A program made the position numbers and the translations under genes. This document shows, one piece after another, positions 34,008-43,900 of a stretch of 64,000 nt of DNA. Every line of letters begins with the position of its first letter. Positions within the stretch are counted from its first letter, which is position 1. The notes under the pieces are model-generated. The model worked only from the letters and a program-made list of their open reading frames with translations. It did no database searches and had not been told where the DNA came from. The stretch lies in NCBI GenBank assembly GCA_050248855.1, contig JBFWRP010000003.1:96001-160000 (forward strand), given 5' to 3'. The DNA comes from Planctomycetota bacterium. Its GTDB lineage: Bacteria; Planctomycetota; PLA2; JAEUHO01.

Positions 34008-34483
34008 GCGCCGCCTCGTTCCTCGCCGCGCCCATGGCCGTGGGCGCCAGCGTGCCCATCGAGTGGCCGCTCTTCCTGGGGCTGGCCCTGTTCGCCGTGG
34101 GCCTGGTCGGCGTCACCTGCCGCCGCAACATCCTGCTGATGCTGCTGTCCGTGGAGATCATGCTGAACGCCGTGAACGTGCTGTTCGTGGCGTTCTCGCG
34201 CGTCCACCACGACCTCGCCGGGCAGGTCTTCGTGTTCTTCGCCATGACCATCGCGGCCGCCGAGGTGGCCGTGGGCCTGGCCATCGTGATTGCCGTGTAC
34301 CGCCTGCGCCAGAGCACGGACGTGGACGACGCCCAGGATCTCCACGACGTGGACTACGGTCCTCTCGCGCCCATCGTCCTGGAGGGCGAGGACCAGCATC
34401 ACCACGACCACGGTCACGGTCACGACCACGACCACGATCACGATCATGCCCCGGTGTCAAGCGGGGAGGACCACCATGGCTGA
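34004..34483 (+). CDS. nuoK: NADH-quinone oxidoreductase subunit K with His/Asp-rich C-terminal extension
   Basis: RRNILLMLLSVEIMLNAVN, AAAEVAVGLAI; tail HHHDHGHGHDHDHDHDH. Start GTG 34004 or ATG 34034. Confidence 0.93.
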   Translation: MSAASFLAAPMAVGASVPIEWPLFLGLALFAVGLVGVTCRRNILLMLLSVEIMLNAVNVLFVAFSRVHHDLAGQVFVFFAMTIAAAEVAVGLAIVIAVYRLRQSTDVDDAQDLHDVDYGPLAPIVLEGEDQHHHDHGHGHDHDHDHDHAPVSSGEDHHG

Positions 34484-36479
34484 CCTGCTGCTGCCGCTCG
34501 CCGCCGCGGACCACGCGGCCCAGGTCGTGACCGAAGGCTTCAAGGCCTGGGCGCCCTGGCTCGTCCTGTTCATCCCACTGGGCGTCGCGTTCCTCGTGGC
34601 GGCCGTGCCCCCGCTTCGCAAGCGTGGGAACGCCGCGGCGGCCTTGGCCATCGGGGGCGTGGCCACGGGCTTCGTCCTGACCACGGTGCTCTACTTCCTG
34701 CCGCTGCTCGGCGGGCACGGAGCCACCTACGAGGCCGTCGTCGACTGGATCGTGGCCGGTGACGTCGTGATCCAGTTCGGCTCGCGCATGGACGCGCTGG
34801 CCCTCGTGATGACGATGGTCGTCACGGGCATCGGCACGGCGATCTTCGTCTACGCGCTGGGCTACATGCATGGCGACCCGGCGATGGGCCGCTTCTACGG
34901 CAAGTTCAGCCTGTTCGTCTTCTCGATGCTCGGCATCGTGATCTCGCCCAACTTCTTCCAGACCTTCGTGTTCTGGGAGCTGGTGGGCGTCAGCTCCTAC
35001 CTGCTGATCGGCTACTACTGGAAGAAGCACAGTGCGGGCGAGGCGGCCAAGAAGGCCTTCCTCACCAACCGCGTCGGCGACTTCGGCTTCCTGCTCGGCA
35101 TCCTCATGGTCTGGACGGCCGTGGGGGACGCCACGGGCGTCATGTCGTTCGACTTCGAGGTGATCCGCCGGGCGGTGCTCGACGAAGGCTACGGCGCCTC
35201 GTTCTTCGGCTCGGGCTGGCTGGCGGGCCTGGGCGCGATCCTCGTCTTCTGCGGCTGCATGGGCAAGAGCGCCCAGTTCCCGCTGCACGTCTGGCTGCCG
35301 GACGCCATGGAAGGCCCCACGCCGGTCTCCGCGCTGATGCACGCCGCCACGATGGTCGCGGCGGGCATCTACATGATGATCCGCTGCTTCTTCGTGCTCC
35401 AGGGCTCGGCCTGGGCGCCGACGGTCGTCGCCTGGCTCGGTGGCATCACGGCCTTCATCGCCGCGACCATGGCCATCACGCAACGCGACATCAAGAAGGT
35501 CCTCGCCTACTCCACGCTGTCGCAGCTGGGGTACATGACGATGGCCCTGGGCGCCGGGGCCTACACGGCGGCCATGTTCCACCTCACGACGCACGCCTGC
35601 TTCAAGGCACTGCTCTTCCTCTGCGCGGGAAGCGTCATCCACGGCTGCCACCACGAGCAGGACATGACCCACATGGGCGGCCTCAAGTCGCTCATGCCGT
35701 CCACGTACAAGACCTGGATGATCGGCACGATCTCGCTCACCGCGATCCTGCCCATCGCCGGGTGGTGGTCCAAGGACGAGATCCTCGGCAGCTACGTGGG
35801 GAACGCCTCGATCGCCGGCGCCCCGCTGCTGCTGCTCCTCGGCCTCGCCGTCGCCGGCATGACGGCCTTCTACATGTTCCGCGCCACCCACATGACGTTC
35901 AGCGGCTCGTACCGCGGACACCACCCGGCACACGAGAGCCCCAAGGTCATGACGGGTCCGCTCTGGGCCCTGGCCATCGCCAGCCTGTTCGTGGGCTTCG
36001 TCGGCATCCCGAACAACACCTTCGGCACCACGCACACCAACGTCTTCGAGCACCTGCTGCACGACTGGCACGTGGGCGAAGCCGCCACCTTGCACGTCTG
36101 GCTGGCCGTGCTCTCCACCGCCATCGCCATCGGCGGCGCGCTCCTGGCGCGCAGGATCTACGCCACGAGCGAGGGCAAGGACCCGCTGCCGGCCAAGCTG
36201 GGCGGCGTCTGGACGCTCTGGAACGAGCTCTGGTACGTCGACCGCTTCTACCTGTGGCTCGTGCGCACGGTCCAGCAGGGCATCGCCAACGTCTGCTGGT
36301 GGTTCGAGCGCAACGTGCTCATCCAGGGCGCCATCAACGGCCTGTCGCAGGGCGTCCGCGCAAGCGGCGAAGGCCTGCGCCGCGCCCAGTCGGGTCGACT
36401 GGGTGCCTACGTGACCTCGTTCGTGGTCGGGGCGGTGATCGTGCTGCTCGTCGTCCTCGTCCAGCTGCAGCTCCGGTGA
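34476..36479 (+). CDS. nuoL: NADH-quinone oxidoreductase subunit L
   Basis: WELVGVSSYLLIG, NRVGD, GKSAQFPLHVWLPDAMEGPTPVSALMHAATMV, AYSTLSQLG, HACFKALLFL. Confidence 0.97.
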   Translation: MADLLLPLAAADHAAQVVTEGFKAWAPWLVLFIPLGVAFLVAAVPPLRKRGNAAAALAIGGVATGFVLTTVLYFLPLLGGHGATYEAVVDWIVAGDVVIQFGSRMDALALVMTMVVTGIGTAIFVYALGYMHGDPAMGRFYGKFSLFVFSMLGIVISPNFFQTFVFWELVGVSSYLLIGYYWKKHSAGEAAKKAFLTNRVGDFGFLLGILMVWTAVGDATGVMSFDFEVIRRAVLDEGYGASFFGSGWLAGLGAILVFCGCMGKSAQFPLHVWLPDAMEGPTPVSALMHAATMVAAGIYMMIRCFFVLQGSAWAPTVVAWLGGITAFIAATMAITQRDIKKVLAYSTLSQLGYMTMALGAGAYTAAMFHLTTHACFKALLFLCAGSVIHGCHHEQDMTHMGGLKSLMPSTYKTWMIGTISLTAILPIAGWWSKDEILGSYVGNASIAGAPLLLLLGLAVAGMTAFYMFRATHMTFSGSYRGHHPAHESPKVMTGPLWALAIASLFVGFVGIPNNTFGTTHTNVFEHLLHDWHVGEAATLHVWLAVLSTAIAIGGALLARRIYATSEGKDPLPAKLGGVWTLWNELWYVDRFYLWLVRTVQQGIANVCWWFERNVLIQGAINGLSQGVRASGEGLRRAQSGRLGAYVTSFVVGAVIVLLVVLVQLQLR

Positions 36480-36495
36480 TCGGGGGACGCACACG

Positions 36496-38088
36496 GTGAA
36501 CCTCCTCCTGCTCATCCTCCTGACGCCCGCCATCGCGACAGCCGTGCTGTTCGCGATCCCCGGGCAGCGTGTGTCCTGGGTGCGTGGTGTCGCCACGGCG
36601 GCCTCGACGGTCGTGCTCGTGGCCTCGATCGTCCTGGCGTGGGGCTACCACGACGCCCCCGTGGGTCGCGTGGCCGGCGAGGGCACGACGGCCGAGCACG
36701 TCTACAAGCACACGATGGACGTCGACTGGGTGCCGTCGTTGGGCCTTGGCTTCCGCCTGGGCGTGGACGGCATCGGCGTCGCCATGGTGCTGCTCACCGC
36801 GTTCATCATCTTCGCGGGCGTGATCGTCTCGTACACGGTCCAGAAACGGGTCAAGGAGTACTACATCAACCTGATGGCGCTCGTCACGGGCGTCTTCGGC
36901 GTGTTCGTGTCCCTGGACCTGTTCTTCTACTACTTCTTCTACGAGCTGGCCGTGATCCCCATGTTCCTGCTGATCGGGATCTGGGGCAGTACCACGCGCA
37001 CCGTGGACCAGCAGTACGCCACGATGAAGCTGGTGCTGATGCTCTCCACCGGCGCGGTGGCGGCCCTCGTCGGTCTGCTCTGGCTGTACACGCAGGGCAA
37101 CACGTTCGACATGGTGGCGCTGGAGGACGTCAAGCTGGCCGTCAAGGACCAGATGATCTGGTTCCCGGTCGTGTTCCTCGGCTTCGCCAGCCTGATCCCG
37201 CTCTGGCCGCTCCACTCGTGGAGCCCCGCGGGCCACGCGGCGGCGCCCGCCGCCGTCTCCATGCTCCACGCCGGCGTGCTGATGAAGCTCGGCGCCTTCG
37301 GCGTGCTGCGCGTCGCCATGACGTACATGCCCGACGCCGCGGCGGTCTACCTGCCCTGGGTCGGCATCCTCTGCTGCTTCAACATCGTCTACGGCGCCCT
37401 GGTGGCGATCCGCCACAAGGACCTGAAGCTGATCATCGGCTACTCGTCGTCCAGCCACATGGGCTACGTGCTGCTGGGCCTGGCGAGCATCACGCTCGTC
37501 GGCTTCTCGGGCGCCGTCTTCCTGATGTTCGCGCACGGGATCATGACGGCCCTGGCCTTCTCGCTGATCGGCTGGTTCTACGACCAGACCCACACCCGCA
37601 TGGTGGGGGACCTGGGCGGCCTGATGAAGGTCATGCCGTTCGCGGGCTTCTGCTTCGTCGTGGCCGCCATGGCGTCCGCGGGCCTGCCGGGCTTTGCCAA
37701 CTTCGTGAGCGAGCTGATGGTCATCATCGGTGCGTGGCAGAGCGACTCGCTCTTCACCAAGATCCCGGCCGTGCTCGCGGTCTGGGGCTTGGTGCTGACC
37801 GGCGTCTACCTGCTGCGCGCCGTGAAGGACGTCTGGTACGGCGACATGCCCGAGCGCTGGAAGGACCTGAAGGACGCCCGGACCCCGGTGCAGAAGCTGC
37901 CGTTCTTGGTGCTCATGGCCGTGCTCGTCTGGTTCGGCTTCCGGCCGCAGCCCATGATCGACCTCGCCGAAGACGGCGTGCGCCCGATCCTCGTGCGCAT
38001 CCAGGAGGCCGAGGCGGCCGCCGCGGGCACCCAGACGGCAACGACAACGCCTGACGACCCGGCCCACGGCGCCGAGGGAGGCCGCTAG
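36496..38088 (+). CDS. nuoM: NADH-quinone oxidoreductase subunit M
   Basis: LGVDG, FFYE, PLHSW, LMKLG, YSSSSHMG, GLPGFANFVSE. Confidence 0.93.
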   Translation: MNLLLLILLTPAIATAVLFAIPGQRVSWVRGVATAASTVVLVASIVLAWGYHDAPVGRVAGEGTTAEHVYKHTMDVDWVPSLGLGFRLGVDGIGVAMVLLTAFIIFAGVIVSYTVQKRVKEYYINLMALVTGVFGVFVSLDLFFYYFFYELAVIPMFLLIGIWGSTTRTVDQQYATMKLVLMLSTGAVAALVGLLWLYTQGNTFDMVALEDVKLAVKDQMIWFPVVFLGFASLIPLWPLHSWSPAGHAAAPAAVSMLHAGVLMKLGAFGVLRVAMTYMPDAAAVYLPWVGILCCFNIVYGALVAIRHKDLKLIIGYSSSSHMGYVLLGLASITLVGFSGAVFLMFAHGIMTALAFSLIGWFYDQTHTRMVGDLGGLMKVMPFAGFCFVVAAMASAGLPGFANFVSELMVIIGAWQSDSLFTKIPAVLAVWGLVLTGVYLLRAVKDVWYGDMPERWKDLKDARTPVQKLPFLVLMAVLVWFGFRPQPMIDLAEDGVRPILVRIQEAEAAAAGTQTATTTPDDPAHGAEGGR

Positions 38089-39638
38089 TGCTCGTCGCCA
38101 CGTCCGTCCCGCCCCAGCTGGGCCTCGACCGTCTCCTGCCCGAGCTGATCGTGGCCGGCACCGGCTTCGCGGCCATCGTCACCGAGCTGCTGCTCCCGGC
38201 CGGCCGGCGCGCCGTGGCCTCGGGGCTCACGGCCTTCCTCGGGCTTGCCGTCGCGTTCGTCTTCCTGCTCACGGCCACGCCGACGGGCTTGGCCCTCTCG
38301 GTCCACGCCCCGGCACGCGTCGGTGGCGTCGTCCAGGACGTGCTGATCACGGGCTGGCTCTCGGACGCGTTCTCGATCTACGTGCGGGGCACCGTGCTGG
38401 TCACGGGCATGCTCCTGCTGCTCCTCTCGATGCGCTACCTCAAGCGCATGGACCGCGGCCACGGCGAGCTGACGGCCCTGCTCCTGTTCGCCTTGCTCGG
38501 CGTCATGCTCGTGAGCGGCGTGCAGGACCTCCTGTCGTTCTTCGTCTGCCTCGAGCTGGTCACGATCATGTCCTACGTGCTGGCCGCCTTCCGGCGCAAC
38601 GACAGCCGCAGCACGGAGGCGGGGCTGAAGTACCTCGTGGTGGGGGCGGTCTCGACGGCCCTCCTGCTGCTCGGCATCGCGTTCGTGTACGGCCATGTCG
38701 GCAGCCTCTCGTTCGAGGCGGTCGCCACGACCCTGGCCGGCGGCGAGATGAGCGTCTTCCTGGGCCTGGGCCTCGTGCTCGTGCTCGTGGGCTTGCTCTT
38801 CAAGGTCGGCGGCGTGCCCTTCCACGTCTGGATCCCCGACGTCTACCAGGGCGCGCCGACCCCCGTGACGGCGTTCCTGGCTACCGCCAGCAAGGCGGCC
38901 GGCCTCGTCCTGCTGTTGCGCTTCGGGACCATCGCGTTCGTCGGCGGCGGCGTGGCGTGGGTGCCCATCCTCGCGGTCATCGCCGTGGCAACGCTCGTCT
39001 TCGGCAGCCTGGGGGCCCTGGGCCAGCGCAACATCAAGCGCATGCTCGGCTACAGCGGCATCGGGCACGCCGGGTACCTGCTCATGGGCATCACGGCCAT
39101 GGCGGCCGCGGAGATCGGCGGGCGGGCGGCCGACGGCCCGTCCACGGCGATCCTCTTCTACCTGCTCGCCTATGCCCTGACCGGGCTCACCGCCTTCGCC
39201 GTGGTGGTCCTGGTGGCGGGGGCTTCGGGCGGCGAGCACGGCGGCCGGGCTTGGCGCGGGCTTTGGAAGCGCTCGCCGTTCCTAGCCGTCGCGATGCTGC
39301 TGGCGTTGCTCTCGCTGGCTGGCGTACCGCCCATGTCGGGCTTCTTCGCCAAGTTCCTCGTCCTCAAGGCCCTCGTGGACCAGGGCCTCGTCGGGATGGC
39401 GTTCCTCGGCGCCGGCGCCGTGATCGTGGGCCTGTACTTCTACTTCCTGTGGATGAAGGAGATGTACTTCAAGGAGCCCGAGCCCGAGCTCGAGGCGTCG
39501 CCCATCCACGTGCCGTGGTCGAGCCGCCTGGCCCTGATCATCGGCATCCTCGGCATGGTGGGGATGGGCATCTTCATGAGCCCGTTCCACACCTGGGCGG
39601 AGGAGGCCGCCAAGGCCCTCCTGGCGACCGCGCGCTAG
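38088..39638 (+). CDS. nuoN: NADH-quinone oxidoreductase subunit N
   Basis: EAGLKY, FKVGGVPFHVWIPDVYQGAPTP, NIKRMLGYS, SLAGVPPMSGFFAK. Confidence 0.96.
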   Translation: MLVATSVPPQLGLDRLLPELIVAGTGFAAIVTELLLPAGRRAVASGLTAFLGLAVAFVFLLTATPTGLALSVHAPARVGGVVQDVLITGWLSDAFSIYVRGTVLVTGMLLLLLSMRYLKRMDRGHGELTALLLFALLGVMLVSGVQDLLSFFVCLELVTIMSYVLAAFRRNDSRSTEAGLKYLVVGAVSTALLLLGIAFVYGHVGSLSFEAVATTLAGGEMSVFLGLGLVLVLVGLLFKVGGVPFHVWIPDVYQGAPTPVTAFLATASKAAGLVLLLRFGTIAFVGGGVAWVPILAVIAVATLVFGSLGALGQRNIKRMLGYSGIGHAGYLLMGITAMAAAEIGGRAADGPSTAILFYLLAYALTGLTAFAVVVLVAGASGGEHGGRAWRGLWKRSPFLAVAMLLALLSLAGVPPMSGFFAKFLVLKALVDQGLVGMAFLGAGAVIVGLYFYFLWMKEMYFKEPEPELEASPIHVPWSSRLALIIGILGMVGMGIFMSPFHTWAEEAAKALLATAR

Positions 39639-39665
39639 GTCACGAGACCCCCACGGCCCGCGACC

Positions 39666-40250
39666 CTACCGCGTGGGCTTGGGGGGCGGGGGCGGCGCCA
39701 CCCCCTGGAACCCGAAGCCCAGCGTCGCGTCCGCTTGGCCGGCGGCAGGCGCCGCCTTCGTGATGATCCCGTGGATCTGGCCGTCGCGATCGCCCGCGAC
39801 GGCGTCGCTGTCGACGGTGTCGTCGGCGCCGGCATCGGGGGTGTCCAGCACGGCAGGCGTGAACCCCATGCCGAACGCCTGGTCCGCGGCCGTGAGCAGG
39901 GAGGCCTGTTCGACGAGCACGCGCAGCTCGTACGTGGTGCCCGGCGTGAGCTCGACCACGGACTGGTCGACCACGAAGAGGCCGTCGGGGTTGCTGAGCG
40001 TGGCGGCCACGAACGCGAGGCCGTCCCAGACGGTGACCTCGACGTCCTGCACCAGGAGGTCGCCCGCGTCGTAGACCTTGTCGCCGTTGACGTCCATGAA
40101 CACGCGACCGCCCAACGCCGGCGGGTCGCCAGGCGGCGGCTGCTGGCCGGGGCCCCCGCCACCCCCGCAGGCGCTCAGGGCGCCGGCCAACAAGGCCGCG
40201 CCGAGAGCGCTCCAGGGACGAGCGGAACCGGGCAGGAAGGCGTCGGACAT
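39666..40250 (-). CDS. Small lipoprotein with a SdrD B-like (Cna-B type) domain
   Basis: Lipobox LSAC-GGGGG; LGGRVFMDVNGDKVYDAGD, VEVTV, NPDGLF, DSDA, TLGFGF; GGAG RBS. Confidence 0.72.
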   Translation of the reverse strand: MSDAFLPGSARPWSALGAALLAGALSACGGGGGPGQQPPPGDPPALGGRVFMDVNGDKVYDAGDLLVQDVEVTVWDGLAFVAATLSNPDGLFVVDQSVVELTPGTTYELRVLVEQASLLTAADQAFGMGFTPAVLDTPDAGADDTVDSDAVAGDRDGQIHGIITKAAPAAGQADATLGFGFQGVAPPPPPKPTR

Positions 40251-40273
40251 CGGGGTCTCCGAAGAAAGGGACG

Positions 40274-40288
40274 GCACGTTGCGTGCCT
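40274..40288 (-). promoter_or_regulatory. Candidate sigma54 -24/-12 promoter for the small lipoprotein
   Basis: Minus strand reads AGGCACGCAACGTGC (GG-N10-GC), about 24 nt upstream of ATG 40250. Confidence 0.35.
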
Positions 40289-40815
40289 GCGGTCAAGTGT
40301 ACGTGAACGCGTGGTGGGTGGGACGGCAAGCCCAAGGAAGGCGGGCGCCGCATGGCGTGTCCGCTCCGGCGGCGTGCGGAAGCGCACGGCATGTTGCTCG
40401 GGCTTGACGCGACATGCGGCCCGGCGGTGACGCCGCCAAGCGCGTCCGTCCCACGCCGCGATCCGGAATCCGAACCCGCGTCGGGACGAGCTCTGATCGT
40501 TGCGTATCCAGGGGGGGCCGGGAGGTCTGGAATCCCGGTGACCATGACGCAGCGGCGCCGGTTCGATGCCGCTGGACGTCCCGCCTGCGGCAGGCGCGAA
40601 GGGACCTTCCCCTCCGTGCAGCGCGGTCGGATCTCCGGCGTCCCACCGCGCAGTGCGTTGGCCGCCTGCCACGGACGCGGGAGATCGCGACAAGTCGATT
40701 GCCACGCGTCGCTCCAGCCGCCGGTGCGCCACGACGAGGCAGGTCGGGAACTGCCGAATTCGCACTGGAAAGGCCGTTTCCGACGCGTCGCCGCCGCGCC
40801 TCGGGACCCTGGATC

Positions 40816-40831
40816 AGGCACTTCGCTTGCA
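40816..40831 (+). promoter_or_regulatory. Candidate sigma54 promoter of array gene 1
   Basis: AGGCACTTCGCTTGCA versus consensus TGGCAC-N5-TTGCW. Confidence 0.55.
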
Positions 40832-40924
40832 CCTGTTGTCTGCGCGCGAGCCTGGCGGTGCCGGCCCGCGTCCCCTTGCGCCGCGGAGTCTGCCTCGTCC
40901 GCGCGAAGGATCCAGGGAGCGACG

Positions 40925-43900
40925 ATGATCCACGGAACGACCAGGCGAACGAAGTCCACGGTCCGGAGCCTTGCGCTCCTCGCGATGCTTGTCGCAGCCG
41001 CCGGTTGCGGCGGCGGCGGCACCGGTGGCGGCGGCACGACCCCGTCCGTCAGCGTGTCCAGCACCCTCCTGCCGCTGTTGAGCTCGGGCCAGTCGTTGCC
41101 CGGCGATGGCTACGCCCTGCCCATCACGGGCGGCTGCGGCGGCCCCTACGTGATCCGCGTCATCGGCGGCGCCCTGCCGGACGGGATCACGATCGACGAC
41201 CGCCAGGCCAACATCACGGCCCCGGGCAACCCCGCCGAGCACCGCCACCACCTCGTCGGCTCGGCGCTCGAGGACGGCGTGTTCTCGTTCCGCCTCGAGA
41301 TCGTGGACCGCGGCTGCCGCCCGGCGGTCTCGAGCACGGCCGCCTTCACGTGGACGGTGGCTCGCGGCTTGGTGGCGATCATGGGCGCGACGCCCGCCAT
41401 CGTGCCGGTCGCCCTCTACAACGACCCGCTCAAGTACCCCGACGTGGACGCCCTGCAGAAGACCGTGTACGGCAGCTTCAGCAGCATCACGTTCACGGTG
41501 GCGGGCGGCGTGGGGCCCTACGTCTGCGCCATCATCGACGACCCGGCCGACCCGGACGACGACGACGGCTTGCCCTTCGGCGTGGTCATGCCTCCCTCGT
41601 CGTGCAGCATCGTCGGCTCGCCCCAGCAGGTGGGCAACGGCGGGCGGCCGTTCCGCTTCACGCTGCGCGCCACGGACAGCGTCGGCCAGTCGGCCACGCG
41701 CAAGTTCCAGTGGAAGATCGACACGCCGCCGATGATCGTCGGCTCGGCCGACATCACGGACGGCGTGGCAGGCGCCACCTACGGTGATGCCATCCAGATC
41801 GTGGATGGCGTACCGCCCTTCAAGTTCGAGCTCACGGCCGACATCCCGACCGACCTGGACAACGTCGGCCCGGGGTGGACCTACAACCCCCCGGCTGCGC
41901 CGGTGTTCCCGTCCCTGAGCGGCTTCACGGTCGCCCCGACCGGCGAGGCCAACAACAAGCTGACGCCCGCCAGCTACCCGGCGCCTGCTGCGGTGGGGCC
42001 CTACTACCCGGCCCCGCCCGAGGGCCTGTTCATCACGGAAGACGGCGGTCAGGCCGGTTCGATCAGCGGCGTGCCGCGTCGCTACGGCAGCTTCACGATC
42101 AACGTCCACGCGTACAGCTCGACCGTGCCCAACGAGCGCGGCCAGCACGCCTTCGCGCAGTACCAGTTCAACATCGGCAGCGGTGTGCCGCTGCTGATGG
42201 TGGACTCGTTCCTGGTCGACGGCAACGGCAGCAACACCTTCCTGGCCAACACGCCCGACGGCGTGGGCACCTTGCCCGAGTTCGAGGTGCTCCAGCCCCG
42301 CACCACGCAGATGGTCGCCTCGGGCGGCGTGCCTTTCGACGGCTGGACCGATGCGCCGCACAGGAACCAGCGCGCGTTGGACCTGGGCGAGGTTGCCGGC
42401 ACGTACGACTGGTCCGTCGTGTCCTGGGACTCGCGGTCGATCGGCTGGCATCCGTCCAACACCCCGGCGGGTCGCCCGACCGGCATCGACGCGGACATCA
42501 CGGGTCGGATCTTCACCACGAACAACGGCCTGGACCTCGTCCGGCAGGGCCGCCAGGTGATCCAGGTGGCCGTCGCCGACCGTCGGCTGCCCACCCCCCA
42601 GACCGACGTGCACGAGATGGCGCTCTCGGTCGGTCCGGACGTGATCATCCTGACGGAGAGCAACCAGTCGTGCGTCACGACGACCGGAAGCACTTACGAC
42701 TCCGAGATGCACAACGACTCGATGTTCATCAAGAAGCTCCAGATCGTGAACAACGTGGCCCAGCGCTCGCCGCTGGACGGCACCGACATGGCCGCTACGC
42801 ACGTCGTGCCCGCGGCCGCCAACCTCAATGCCCTGTCCAACCCGCTGGGTCGTCTGCTCTCCGGCGTGGGCAAGGCCACGTACACCGGCACCGGTCGGAA
42901 CGCGGGCGCGGCCGATCTCATGCGCGTGGTCGTGAACGCGACGGGCTGGTGGAACGACTCGTGGAACCTCCATCCCAAGGGCGCACGAGCCTTCCAGAAC
43001 GTCGATGCGGGCAAGACCTACTACGAGTACTACGGCAACGAGTACTACTGCTACTCGTCGAACGCCGAGACGTCGGCGGTGGACCTGCCCGACATCGTGG
43101 ACGGCAGCGTCGTGGCCGATGTGGGCCAGGGCGTCTACACGGACGGCGGCAGGCTCTACACGTTCGAGAACGACACGCACTTCGGCGTGTTCATCATCCG
43201 CCAAGACGGCAAGATCTTCGTGCCGTTCGCGCTCCAGAAGGGCACGTGGCAGGGCTTCGGCGACTACTGCCAGGCCGCTCTGCAGGGCACCGGTGCCGGC
43301 GCGCCGACGGCCAGCCACATGCGCATGGTGCACCTGGGCGTGTCGCCCAACGGCCGCTGGGCTGCCATGAAGATCATGAGCTCCCCGACCAACCTCTACG
43401 AGACGACGAGCCAGTCGCGCGCCATCCTCATGGACTTGGCGGGTACGAAGGCCTTCTCGGGCGAGAACTACCGCATCGTGTCGCCGGCCCTCGCGAGCGG
43501 CTACTTGATGGCCGACACCCTGACGCTGACCAACTCGCACCTGTACATGAGCGTGTCGGCCACGAACCCGGGCTACGCCTACGGCTGGCTGCAGCACCGC
43601 GTCCTGCGCGAGCAGATCGTGGGTGGCACGGGCACGGCGCCCTTCGCGCCCGGCGTGCCCAGCAACAACGCGAGCCAGTACCTGAGCCTGCCCTACCACA
43701 ACCTCGGGACGTCCTACCTCTCGAGCTCGTGGAACGGCACGACCGTCTACTGCAACTACTACGCGTACTTCAGCTGCCATGGCACCAACCGGCATGAAGA
43801 CGAGTCGGCGCCGATCCCGTTCCGCGTGAGCGCGGATGGCTCGACCTGCGCCATGATCGCCGGTCCCTACAACGGAAGCGTGGCCGGCACCTTGGCCTTC

